Made by a program: the position numbers and the translations under genes
The notes under the pieces: model-generated
The model's input: only the letters and a program-made list of their open reading frames with translations
What the model was told of the DNA's origin: nothing
Databases searched by the model: none
Assembly (NCBI GenBank): GCA_045630425.1
Contig: JAZQTB010000100.1
Location: forward strand, 1 to 62,239
Reading direction: 5' to 3'
Origin: Kiritimatiellia bacterium
GTDB taxonomy: Bacteria; Verrucomicrobiota; Kiritimatiellia; RFP12; UBA1067
DNA: 62,239 nucleotides
Shown: positions 1 through 8,906 of the stretch, piece after piece
Layout: the number at the start of each line of letters is the position of its first letter
Numbering within the stretch: the stretch's first letter is position 1

Positions 1-166
1 GATGCCGCAGCGGTATGTTTCAAGAGAATTTCTGAGATTGTAACAAGCAACGGGCGGCTGGGTGGCCTGTAAAATTCACTCAGGCAAGTCTCGACAGATT
101 CCTGCCGAGTGGCGCAGCATTGCCTAAAATAGAAGGCTTAGTACAGGAGGCGACGAAAAATATATC

Positions 167-223
167 ACAAATGAGCCACGGGGCGCGGCTTTAGACGCGA
201 CACGCGGGTCATTTGTAATTTTT
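167..223 (+). terminator. candidate intrinsic terminator / long hairpin
   Basis: Inverted repeat ACAAATGAGCC (167-177) / GGGTCATTTGT (206-216) with one mismatch, followed by AATTTTT (217-223). It lies between an open frame entering from the left edge (stop 70-72) and the CDS at 331. Confidence 0.35.
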
Positions 224-330
224 GAGGTGGGATGTTCCGGGTTGAAATTCTCGGCATAATATGAGAAAATATAGGGGATGCTCTGGGAATGGGTCCCGGT
301 CGGCATTCTCAAATCAAGGAGTCATATATA

Positions 331-1065
331 ATGAAAAAATTAACTTTTTCAGTTTTTGCCTGTATCGTCGCGTGCACGACTTTCGCGAAAGGGTTTTCCT
401 ACGACGAGGAGAATATCGATCATCCCGTCACTCCTTTTTCGTTTTCTCTCGCGACGCCCCTGCAGCTTCCGACGAGTTCCTGGAACGTCTACGGGCTTGC
501 GCTCAATGTTTTTTACGCCCAGCATCATGTCATGTACGGCTTGGATACGGGTCTGACGGGTTTCAACCGCGATGACGCCGCCGGCGTTCTGCTTCAGGGC
601 GTCGCCAACTGGAGCAACAGCGATGTATACGGTCTTCAGATCGCCGGTCTCGCCAACGCGGTCATGGGCAATACCGCGGGACTGCAGCTCGCTTCCGTCG
701 CAAACTACAACCGCGGCGAGTTTTACGGCGGCCAGGTCTCGCTTATCAACCACAACGGCATGATCAACGGTTTCCAGGCAGGCGTTTTCAATTACAACAA
801 GGGCGTCTGCAAAGCGTTTCAGATCGGTGCGGCCAACGCCGACGTCAACGAATATCGCGGCTGCTCCATCGGCGCGGTCAATTACGCCGGTCGTTTCCGC
901 GGTCTTCAGATCGGCCTGATTAACGAAATCGTCGAGACGGGGCGCGGCGTTCAGATCGGCGTCTTCAACGGCGCGGTCAATTTTTCCGGTCTGCAGATTG
1001 GTCTCTTTAACGTGATTCCGAAGGGATCTCTTCCGATTATGGTCGTGATGAACGCGCAGTTCTGA
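331..1065 (+). CDS. secreted/lipoprotein-like repeat protein with about nine degenerate G-x-Q-x-G/A-x-x-N repeats
   Basis: ORF track 289..1065. The internal ATG at 331 follows AAGGAG (316-321) and opens a signal-like MKKLTFSVFACIVACTTFA. Repeats seen: GLQIAGLAN, GLQLASVAN, GFQAGVFN, AFQIGAAN, GLQIGLIN, GVQIGVFN, GLQIGLFN. Confidence 0.6.
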   Translation: MKKLTFSVFACIVACTTFAKGFSYDEENIDHPVTPFSFSLATPLQLPTSSWNVYGLALNVFYAQHHVMYGLDTGLTGFNRDDAAGVLLQGVANWSNSDVYGLQIAGLANAVMGNTAGLQLASVANYNRGEFYGGQVSLINHNGMINGFQAGVFNYNKGVCKAFQIGAANADVNEYRGCSIGAVNYAGRFRGLQIGLINEIVETGRGVQIGVFNGAVNFSGLQIGLFNVIPKGSLPIMVVMNAQF

Positions 1066-1082
1066 TTCAAAGGATTTTAAAA

Positions 1083-2003
1083 ATGTCTGATTGCTGTATC
1101 TTTGCAGGACAGGGAGCTCAGGTTCCCGGTATGGGGCGCGACTTCGCCGAGGCCGATACCGAGGTCATGAAGCTTTTCGACGCGGCCGGCGCCGTCCTCG
1201 GATTTGATCTCAAGAAGATCTGTTTCGAGGGTCCCGCCGAGGAATTGACCAGGTCCAACGTATGCCAGCCGGCGATTTTCGTGACGTCCTACGCCGCCTA
1301 TCTTTCGCTCCAGAAGAGGAAGCCCGTTCAGTTCGCCTGCGCGGCGGGTCTTTCGCTCGGCGAATGGGGCGCTCTCTGCGCCGCCGGGGTTCTTGATTTC
1401 GATTCGACGCTCAAGGTGCTCGAGGCGCGCGGCCGCTTTATGCAGGAGGCGTGCGAGCGTGAACCGTCCGGCATGATCGCCATCGTCGGCGCTTCACCGG
1501 AGCAGCTCGCCGCGCTTTGCGAAAAGACCGGGTGCACGGTCGCGAACATAAATTCTTCGGCCCAGCAGGTCCTTTCGGGGTCCAAGGACGCCGTCGCCTC
1601 GGCGGCCGTCGTCGCCAAGGAGCTCGGCATCAAGCGCGCGCTTCCTCTCGCGACCGCCGGCGCCTTTCATTCGCGTTTTATGGAACCCGCGCGCGAGAAG
1701 CTCGCCGGCGTCCTCGACGGGATCGAATTCAAGGCTCCGAAGTTCCCCGTTCTTTCTAACATTACCGGCAAACCCCACTCGTCCGATCCCGCCGAAATCC
1801 GCGCGATGATGCTCGAGCAGGTTACCGGCACCACGAACTGGGCGGCCGACGTCGAGACCGCGAAGGCTCTGGGCTGCGACCGTTTCGTCGAGTTCGGTCC
1901 GGGCAAGGTGCTCTCGGGTCTCGTAAAGAAGATCGATCCCGCTTTGACGACTCTAAACGTCGCCGACATGGCGTCGCTTGACGCGACCGCCGCTTCGCTC
2001 TAA
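1083..2003 (+). CDS. fabD: malonyl-CoA:ACP transacylase
   Basis: 306 aa. N-terminal FAGQGAQ, active-site GLSLGEWGAL (GHSLGE-type nucleophile elbow), and a later AGAFHS motif typical of FabD. Confidence 0.9.
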   Translation: MSDCCIFAGQGAQVPGMGRDFAEADTEVMKLFDAAGAVLGFDLKKICFEGPAEELTRSNVCQPAIFVTSYAAYLSLQKRKPVQFACAAGLSLGEWGALCAAGVLDFDSTLKVLEARGRFMQEACEREPSGMIAIVGASPEQLAALCEKTGCTVANINSSAQQVLSGSKDAVASAAVVAKELGIKRALPLATAGAFHSRFMEPAREKLAGVLDGIEFKAPKFPVLSNITGKPHSSDPAEIRAMMLEQVTGTTNWAADVETAKALGCDRFVEFGPGKVLSGLVKKIDPALTTLNVADMASLDATAASL

Positions 2004-2030
2004 TCGAAAAACAATCATCAAGGAGTTACA

Positions 2031-2252
2031 ATGACTTTTGCGTTTATCCAGAACATGGGTCCCGTTCAGATCATCATCTGCATCGCCCTTATTCTTCTTC
2101 TTTTCGGCGGCAAGAAAATTCCCGAGCTCGCGCGTTCCCTCGGCAAAGCCAAGGGCGAGTTCAAGAAGGGCCTCGCCGAAGGCGCGAAGGACTCTCAGCA
2201 GGATGACGAAGTTCCCGCCGAGGAGCCCAAGAAAATCGAGAAAGAGGCCTGA
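2031..2252 (+). CDS. tatA: twin-arginine translocase subunit TatA/E
   Basis: 73 aa with a single TM helix then the amphipathic LLLFGGKKIPELARSLGKAKGEFKKG signature. AAGGAG lies upstream of the ATG. Confidence 0.85.
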   Translation: MTFAFIQNMGPVQIIICIALILLLFGGKKIPELARSLGKAKGEFKKGLAEGAKDSQQDDEVPAEEPKKIEKEA

Positions 2253-2269
2253 TTCAAAGGTGCCTAAGC

Positions 2270-3742
2270 TTGACGCCCTTAATCCGCGAGCGTCTTAAGA
2301 CTCTTCCCGACCGCTCTGGCTGTTATCTCATGCGAGATCGCCAGGGCGCGATTATTTATGTAGGCAAGGCGAAGAATCTCAAAAACCGCGTACGCAGTTA
2401 TTTCCGGCCCGGCGCGAAGCATGCGCCCAAGGTGCGTTCGATGGTCGACACGGTCTGGGATTTCGAGTTCATGACCGTCAGGAACGAAGCGGAGTCTTTG
2501 CTTACCGAGGCATCGCTGATCAAGAAGTACAAGCCTCACTTCAACATTCTGATGCGCGACGACAAGCGTTATCTCGCGCTCAAGGCAGACCGTGACGCGA
2601 CGTTTCCGCGTTTTACGTGCGTAAGGATCATACGCGACGACGGAGCCAGATATTTCGGGCCGTTCCCGTCCAGCCCCGTCGTGCGCACGGCGAAGGACTT
2701 CGTCGAGAAGCGCTACGGCATACGCTCCTGCAAGGCGATCGAGCCCGACGGGTCGACGCATGAGCATTGTCTCGCTGATGTCATCCGCACGTGCTCCGCG
2801 CCGTGCCTTAAGCGGATTTCGCGGGAGGAATACTTAGAGCGTTTCGACGAGGCGTGCGAATTTCTCGACGGCAAAAGGCCTGAAGTCCTCGATGAGCTGA
2901 AAGAAAAAATGACCGGGGCGGCCGCCCGCGGGGATTACGAAAGCGCGGCTAAAATGCGCGATACGTTTTTCGCGCTGAAGGAGATGACAAAGGCGCATTT
3001 CGTACGCAAGTCTCCGCAGATGCGCCGCGAAGACGCGCTTAAAGGGATCGGGGAGCTTGCCGCGGCCATAGGGCTTGAAAAGCCTCCGAGGACGATCGAG
3101 TGCGTCGATATCTCGAATCTCTTCGGGACTTACAATGTCGCCTCATTGGTCGTCGCGCGCGACGGGCTTCCGGATAAGCGCTATTACCGCCATTTCAGGA
3201 TAAAGAGCTTCGAGGGCGCGGACGATCCGCGGGCCATGGCGGAAGTCGCGTACCGCCGTTACGGGCCGGAGTCTACGATTTCGGCATCGTCTCCCCGCGC
3301 CGATCTCTACATCTGCGACGGCGGAATAACCCAGCTCAGGGCCGCGCGCGCGGTGTTCGCGGAATTGGGGATTTCCGACATTCCCACGATCGGACTTGCG
3401 GAGTCGCAGGAAACGATTGTCCTCGACGACGGGCGCGACGATATAAATCTCGAACGCGACAGTCAGGCGCTCATGGTTATAACGCGCCTTCGCGACGAGG
3501 CTCACCGCTTCGCCATAACGTACCACAAGTCGCTTCGCGACAAGGCCATACGGGAATCGGTCCTCGACGAGGTCACGGGTATAGGCGAGGCCAAAAAGAT
3601 GAAGCTTCTTAAAAAATTCAGATCCGTTTACGGTATCGCCCGCGCCTCCGCCGGAGAGATCGCCGCTGCCGCGGGAGTGAACGGAACGGTCGCGGCCGAA
3701 GTTCTGAAGGCCGTTTCGCAATTAACGAGAAAAGGTGACTGA
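2270..3742 (+). CDS. uvrC: excinuclease ABC subunit C (compact form)
   Basis: GIY-YIG N-terminus (GCYLMRD..IIYVGKAKNLKNRVRSYF), UVR motif (YESAAKMRDTFFALKE), a central nuclease region and a C-terminal HhH (VTGIGEAKKMKLLKKF). TTG start as in the ORF track. Confidence 0.85.
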   Translation: MTPLIRERLKTLPDRSGCYLMRDRQGAIIYVGKAKNLKNRVRSYFRPGAKHAPKVRSMVDTVWDFEFMTVRNEAESLLTEASLIKKYKPHFNILMRDDKRYLALKADRDATFPRFTCVRIIRDDGARYFGPFPSSPVVRTAKDFVEKRYGIRSCKAIEPDGSTHEHCLADVIRTCSAPCLKRISREEYLERFDEACEFLDGKRPEVLDELKEKMTGAAARGDYESAAKMRDTFFALKEMTKAHFVRKSPQMRREDALKGIGELAAAIGLEKPPRTIECVDISNLFGTYNVASLVVARDGLPDKRYYRHFRIKSFEGADDPRAMAEVAYRRYGPESTISASSPRADLYICDGGITQLRAARAVFAELGISDIPTIGLAESQETIVLDDGRDDINLERDSQALMVITRLRDEAHRFAITYHKSLRDKAIRESVLDEVTGIGEAKKMKLLKKFRSVYGIARASAGEIAAAAGVNGTVAAEVLKAVSQLTRKGD

Positions 3743-3744
3743 AG

Positions 3745-4281
3745 ATGAAAGCCCAGGATGTGATACTCTCCTCGCGGGTGGCCCATGTAAGGGAGCTCAA
3801 ATCGGAAATCGAGAGGCTGAAGGCGGAGAATCTCGAACTGCGCAACGAGAATACGCAGCTTAAAGGCCATTTCGCGATGGCGCTTCTGGCGGCGGAGGAT
3901 CTGCGCAATCTGCCTGAAGAAGGGCGATTCATCATCGTGGACGGGTGGAACGCGGTTCTCGGCGCGACGAAAGACGCTGAAAATCCGAAAGGGCTGATTT
4001 CTCTTTACAAACGACATCTTGAAGACAATCCCTCCGATTTCGTGTGGATAGTGTTCGACGGACATACGGAAAATTCAAAGGTCGAGGGGCGTCTGAGGGT
4101 CTCGTACACGGGCGGCGAGGGCTTGCACCGCGCCGACAGGTTTATATGCGACTTTTTGAGAATGGCCAAATTTTCCGGCGGTCTGTCCAGAATCGATGTC
4201 AGGACGCGGGACAAAGATTTCATAAAAGAGGTCAACCGTCTTTTGAACCCGAAATTCCTCCATCACGAGTTTTTGGTATAA
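3745..4281 (+). CDS. hypothetical protein, N-terminal coiled coil plus NYN/YacP-like domain
   Basis: 178 aa. FIIVDGWNAVLG, WIVFDGH and VSYTGGEGLHRADRFI resemble the DGYN / VFD / ADE pattern of YacP-type NYN RNases. Assignment is from memory of the family only. Confidence 0.45.
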   Translation: MKAQDVILSSRVAHVRELKSEIERLKAENLELRNENTQLKGHFAMALLAAEDLRNLPEEGRFIIVDGWNAVLGATKDAENPKGLISLYKRHLEDNPSDFVWIVFDGHTENSKVEGRLRVSYTGGEGLHRADRFICDFLRMAKFSGGLSRIDVRTRDKDFIKEVNRLLNPKFLHHEFLV

Positions 4282-4282
4282 T
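4274..4282 (+). promoter_or_regulatory. extended -10 element TGGTATAAT, 6 nt upstream of the nadE ATG (leaderless-type)
   Basis: TGGTATAAT at 4274-4282 and ATG at 4289. There is no Shine-Dalgarno sequence in the 6-nt gap. Confidence 0.5.
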
Positions 4283-4288
4283 ACGGGC

Positions 4289-6175
4289 ATGAAAGATTTT
4301 ACAAGAGTTGCGGCGGCGGTTCCGCCCGTGAAGATCGCCGATTGCGCGGCCAGCGAGGCTGCCGTTGAAAATTTTTTCTCGCGTTCCGTCGAGAAGGGCG
4401 CGGACGCCGTCGTCTTTCCCGAACTGTGTCTGACGGGCGCGACGTGCGGAGATCTTTTTCTGTCGCCCGCGCTTCTTGAGTCCGCCCGTAAAGCGCTCGA
4501 AAAATTCGCGTCGTTTACGGCCCGATCTCCGGGCGTGGCCGCCGTAGTCGGTCTTCCCCTGAGAGTTGAAGGCCGGATCTACGATTGCGCGGCGCTCGTC
4601 GAGAGCGGTTCCGTTAAAGGCTTCGTTCCCAAGAGCGTCGTCGATCCTTCCTCCGACGGCAGGTGGTTCGCGCCCGCATCGGCGGCGGCGTCGTTTAAAA
4701 CGGTGGAATTCGCCGGATCCCAAATACCTTTCGGCACGGATCTGATCTTTACCTCGGGCAACGTATCCTACGCCGTCGAAATCGGCTCCGACGCGGTTTC
4801 TCCTCTCGCTCCGGCGGTAAATCTCGCGCTTGCCGGCGCCAATGTGATCCTCTGTCCGTCAGCCGCGCCCGAAATAATCTCCCGCCACGATCGCCGGCTT
4901 GACGCGATCCGTTCGCGCTCGGCGCTTCTCAACGCGGGTTACGTCCATTCGGGCGCGGGAGCGGGCGAATCGTCGACCGACTGCGTCTTTTCCGGACCTG
5001 CGGTCATCGCCGAAAACGGCGAGGTTCTCGCGGACGGCGAGCGGTTCGGGCGCGACGGCTCCGTCGCGGCGGCCGATATCGACGTCGGTTTCATTGAATT
5101 TGAACGCTCGCGCAATCCGCTGTTCAAAACGTCCGGAGCCGGGCCGGTTCGCCGCGTGGCGCTCGCCGAACGGTTTGTCGTAGGAGGCGACGATATTTTA
5201 AGGGACGTCGATCCCTCTCCGTTCGTGCCGTCCGATCCCGCCGGGCTCGACAGGCGCGCGGCCGAGGTTCTTGAGATCCAGTCGTCGGCTCTCGCCACGC
5301 GCCTTAAGGCCGTCCGCTGCAAAAAGATCGTTCTCGGCGTTTCCGGGGGGCTCGATTCGGCTCTCGCGCTCATCGTGGCGGTCGAGACGTTCAGGAAGCT
5401 CGGCTACGACGCCCGGGACATTCTCGCTCTGACGATGCCGGGCTTCGGGACCACCGGACGCACGAAGGGGAACGCGGAGAAACTTTGCGAGGGCTTCGGC
5501 GTGACGCTCGAGACGGTCGACATCACCGCCTCCGTAAAAAGCCATTTCAGCGACATCGGTCACGACGAAAGCGTCAAAGACGTCACCTACGAGAACGCCC
5601 AGGCCCGCGCCCGCACGTTCATTCTTATGGACAAGGCCAACCAGACGGGCGCGCTTCTCGTCGGCACGGGCGATCTTTCGGAACTCGCTCTGGGATGGTG
5701 CACGTACAACGGCGACCACATGAGCATGTACGGCGTGAATGCCGGAGTTCCGAAGACGCTCGTGAAGGCGATCGTCGGCCGTTACGCGCTTTCGAATCCC
5801 GCCGTCCGCGACGCGCTCGCCGACATCGTGGACACTCCCGTATCTCCCGAGCTTCTGCCCGCGTCGGACGACGGCTCGATAGCCCAGATGACCGAAGACA
5901 GGGTGGGGCCGTACGAACTTCACGATTTCTTCATTTACCATTTTCTGCGGCGCGGAGCGACGAAGGGCAAAATCCTTTTCCTGGCGGCGAAGGCGTTCGC
6001 CGGGAAGTACGACAAAGCGGCCGTCGAGAAGTGGCTTGACGTATTCTTCAGGCGTTTTCTGACCCAGCAGTTCAAACGCAGCGCGATGCCCGACGGCCCC
6101 GTCGTAGGTCCGGTAGGCCTTTCACCGCGCGGCGGCTGGTCCATGCCGAGCGATATGGGATTCGTTGAATTATGA
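4289..6175 (+). CDS. nadE: glutamine-dependent NAD+ synthetase
   Basis: 628 aa. N-terminal CN-hydrolase-like half and a C-terminal PP-loop domain with VLGVSGGLDSALAL. Confidence 0.9.
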   Translation: MKDFTRVAAAVPPVKIADCAASEAAVENFFSRSVEKGADAVVFPELCLTGATCGDLFLSPALLESARKALEKFASFTARSPGVAAVVGLPLRVEGRIYDCAALVESGSVKGFVPKSVVDPSSDGRWFAPASAAASFKTVEFAGSQIPFGTDLIFTSGNVSYAVEIGSDAVSPLAPAVNLALAGANVILCPSAAPEIISRHDRRLDAIRSRSALLNAGYVHSGAGAGESSTDCVFSGPAVIAENGEVLADGERFGRDGSVAAADIDVGFIEFERSRNPLFKTSGAGPVRRVALAERFVVGGDDILRDVDPSPFVPSDPAGLDRRAAEVLEIQSSALATRLKAVRCKKIVLGVSGGLDSALALIVAVETFRKLGYDARDILALTMPGFGTTGRTKGNAEKLCEGFGVTLETVDITASVKSHFSDIGHDESVKDVTYENAQARARTFILMDKANQTGALLVGTGDLSELALGWCTYNGDHMSMYGVNAGVPKTLVKAIVGRYALSNPAVRDALADIVDTPVSPELLPASDDGSIAQMTEDRVGPYELHDFFIYHFLRRGATKGKILFLAAKAFAGKYDKAAVEKWLDVFFRRFLTQQFKRSAMPDGPVVGPVGLSPRGGWSMPSDMGFVEL

Positions 6176-7380
6176 CGTCGTCCGTTTACATCGCCAAGTC
6201 CGTCTACGGCGGGGACGGTCTCGGTCGCCTCGGCGACGGACGCGTCGTTTTCGTCCCCGGCGCTTTCGCCGGCGAGCAGGTCAAGGCCGAGATAGTCCAG
6301 GAAAAGAAAAGTTTCGTGAAAGCGCGCCTCGTCGAGATCGAGGACGCCTCCGCCGAACGTACCGGAACCGGCGACGCTCCGATACCGGGCGCCGTCTACT
6401 GGAATCTCAGCGTAAAGGGCGAGAAGGCCGCGAAGCGCGCGCAGCTCGCGGAATTTTTCGACCGCAACCGTATCGCGCTGCCGCCCGGCTGCGATCTTTC
6501 CGAACGCTCATCCGACACGGCCGGGAGCGCGTCGCTCAATTACCGCAACAAGGTTGTCTACCATTTTTCAGACGATTTTTCACGGCGCGTTTTAGGCTAT
6601 CGCGAAGAACCTTCCCATAAGATCGTCGATATAACCGAAGATCCGCTCGCGCGGCCTGAAATCAACGCGAAACTGCCTGAGATCCGCGAGAACGTGTTCC
6701 GCCTCCTTTCGACCGGACCGAAATCCGTCAGGCGCTCCGTCCGGGATAAGGAGAACGTCACGATCCGGTTCTCGAAGCGTTCGGGCGTCGTGTGGTGGAT
6801 GGGGGACGCGCCCGGAAACGTTACGATAAAGGAAGAGACGGCGGGAAAGGTTTTTGAGGTTCCCTCCGACGGTTTCTATCAGGTCAATCCGGGCGTGGGC
6901 GACGATCTCGTAAAGGCGGTCGTCAAAAAATTTCGCGCCTCCGCGACGAGGGAGGTCGTGGATCTTTACTGCGGCGTGGGCGTATTCGGACTATGCATGG
7001 AGCCGGAGCGTCTGACCGGCATCGAGTCGGGCCGACGCGCGATCGATTTCGCCCGCCGGAACGCCGCCGCCCAGGGGCGCGGCGACGCGCGCTTCCACGT
7101 AGGACTTGTAGGGCGCGATATCCGCCGGATTAAAATTACGCCCGAGACGACCGTCGTGGTCGATCCGCCCCGGGGCGGGATGGAGTTCGCCGCCGTGCAG
7201 GCGCTCTCCGAATCGGACGCTCGACGGATATTTTACGTCAGTTGCGACCCTGCCACGCTGATGCGCGATCTTAAACGGCTTTCCCGCGCGTACGAGGTGG
7301 AAGACGTCGAATGGTTCAACATGTTCCCGCGCACGGCCCGTTTCGAAACTCTCGTCGTGCTGAAAAAACGCGGATTGTGA
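6172..7380 (+). CDS. TRAM-domain RNA (uracil-5)-methyltransferase, RumA/TrmA family
   Basis: ATGA overlap with nadE. TRAM-like N-terminus (GDGLGRL..VFVPGAFAGEQVKAEIV) and SAM MTase motifs DLYCGVG, VVVDPPRGG, YVSCDPATLMRDL. Confidence 0.8.
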   Translation: MTSSVYIAKSVYGGDGLGRLGDGRVVFVPGAFAGEQVKAEIVQEKKSFVKARLVEIEDASAERTGTGDAPIPGAVYWNLSVKGEKAAKRAQLAEFFDRNRIALPPGCDLSERSSDTAGSASLNYRNKVVYHFSDDFSRRVLGYREEPSHKIVDITEDPLARPEINAKLPEIRENVFRLLSTGPKSVRRSVRDKENVTIRFSKRSGVVWWMGDAPGNVTIKEETAGKVFEVPSDGFYQVNPGVGDDLVKAVVKKFRASATREVVDLYCGVGVFGLCMEPERLTGIESGRRAIDFARRNAAAQGRGDARFHVGLVGRDIRRIKITPETTVVVDPPRGGMEFAAVQALSESDARRIFYVSCDPATLMRDLKRLSRAYEVEDVEWFNMFPRTARFETLVVLKKRGL

Positions 7381-7416
7381 TTTTCCGGTTTCGGTAAAAC
7401 AGAAAGGCGGCAAAAT

Positions 7417-7980
7417 ATGGCTAAAGTGTCTAAGAAAGACGTTGAGGTTCTTCTCGTAAAGGCCGAGATCGTTTCTCTGCCGGAGCGCAGGCTCGTCAAG
7501 ACGCGCAATCTCGTATGCGCGGATCTGATCTGGCCGCGAAAGGGCGTCGCCCGGAAATCCGCCGCGCGCGAGGCCGTTATCCGCAGGGGCAAGGCCGATT
7601 TTTCCGGGGAGCTGTGGGCGAACCGCGTTCTCTTCAGGGAGGAAATCGAGGGCCACAGCGCGCTCGCCGTCTCGATCACCGAATCTGTCACCGTTCAGAA
7701 ATTGAAGCGTTTCGCCCGTCTTACGGCCAAGTACGCGCTCAGGATGGGCGCGGATTTCATGGAGAAGGCGATGGTCGGATATGCGGACATCGCCTCCGCG
7801 CCGATCGATGCGCTTTCCGCCATGGTGGGCGAGAAGGACGCCCCCGAGGCTATCGCGCAGGGCGTTGTCGATCTTTCCGATCTGCCGGATGCCGGCGAAG
7901 AGCGTCTTGTCGATATACAGCTTAAACGCCCCGGCGAGAAGGACGTCATAGGCGTGATGACTCTCGCGTTGCGCGCCTGA
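7417..7980 (+). CDS. hypothetical protein
   Basis: 187-aa ORF in the GC-rich coding frame, with no motif I recognise. Confidence 0.5.
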   Translation: MAKVSKKDVEVLLVKAEIVSLPERRLVKTRNLVCADLIWPRKGVARKSAAREAVIRRGKADFSGELWANRVLFREEIEGHSALAVSITESVTVQKLKRFARLTAKYALRMGADFMEKAMVGYADIASAPIDALSAMVGEKDAPEAIAQGVVDLSDLPDAGEERLVDIQLKRPGEKDVIGVMTLALRA

Positions 7981-7996
7981 ACGCGGCGGATGACGT

Positions 7997-8860
7997 ATGA
8001 TCGTTGATTTTCACTGCCATTCGACGGCGAGCGACGGGACTCTCCCGCCCGAAGAGCTCGCAGAGGCCGCTCGTTCGTTCGATGCGTTTTCGCTGACGGA
8101 TCACGATAATTGCGACGGAGTCGCGGCCTGTGCGCGCGCGGCCGCCGAAAAGGGCGTCCGATTCGTTCCGGGCATCGAGCTTTCGATCGAGCCGGGGGAA
8201 GGATTCGACAAATTCCATCTTCTCGCTTTCGGCTTCGATCCCGATAACGGAGAACTTAAATCCTTTTTGAGAAAGGTTCTCGACGGCCGCAACGGCCGCA
8301 ACAGGCGCATTCTCGAGAATTTCGCGTCGATAGGAATCGAAATGGAATCCGACGATATAAATTCGTATGCCAACGGCGATGTTCTCGCGAGGCCCCATTT
8401 CGCCCGCTGGCTTGTGAATCACGGCTTTTCTTCGAGCGTGGCCGATGCGTTCAACAAATATCTTCTTCCGGATTCGCCTAAAGAGACCCGCTGTTACGAA
8501 GAGAGGTTTCATCCTTCCCAGGAGGATGCGTTCGGCGTCATCCACCGCGCCGGCGGCATCGCGGTAATGGCGCATCCCAAGTACTGGCGGCGCGAATGGC
8601 GCGAGACGGGTGTGGATATCGCAGCCGCCGAAAAAGAACTTTCGCGCCTTAAAGAGGCGGGGCTTGACGGGGTTGAGGCTTTGTATCAGGCCAATACCCC
8701 CGGCGAAAATGTCGATTTTGTCCGTATTGCCTCAAAATTAGGCTATTTAAAGACCGCGGGCAGCGATTTTCACGGCAGTAACAAGCCGACTATCGACTTA
8801 GGTATGGAGGTTACCGAAAATTATATCGCGCCTTTTCTTGAAAGGCTAAATTTGGTATAA
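7997..8860 (+). CDS. PHP-domain phosphoesterase (TrpH/YciV-like)
   Basis: N-terminal IVDFHCHSTASDGTL metal-binding motif and later AHP / GSDFHG motifs typical of PHP domains. Confidence 0.8.
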   Translation: MIVDFHCHSTASDGTLPPEELAEAARSFDAFSLTDHDNCDGVAACARAAAEKGVRFVPGIELSIEPGEGFDKFHLLAFGFDPDNGELKSFLRKVLDGRNGRNRRILENFASIGIEMESDDINSYANGDVLARPHFARWLVNHGFSSSVADAFNKYLLPDSPKETRCYEERFHPSQEDAFGVIHRAGGIAVMAHPKYWRREWRETGVDIAAAEKELSRLKEAGLDGVEALYQANTPGENVDFVRIASKLGYLKTAGSDFHGSNKPTIDLGMEVTENYIAPFLERLNLV

Positions 8861-8861
8861 T
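8853..8861 (+). promoter_or_regulatory. extended -10 element TGGTATAAT upstream of purA
   Basis: TGGTATAAT at 8853-8861, 45 nt before the purA ATG. It forms a perfect 9-bp inverted repeat with ATTATACCA at 8879-8887. Confidence 0.45.
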
Positions 8862-8906
8862 ACGGCACGGTTTCATACATTATACCATCATAAGGAAAAC
8901 AGAAGA

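Noticed and set aside
2270-3742. uvrC as a truncated pseudogene (490 aa versus ~600 aa typical).
   Set aside because: GIY-YIG, UVR, central nuclease and C-terminal HhH motifs are all present in one intact frame. It looks like a compact but complete orthologue.
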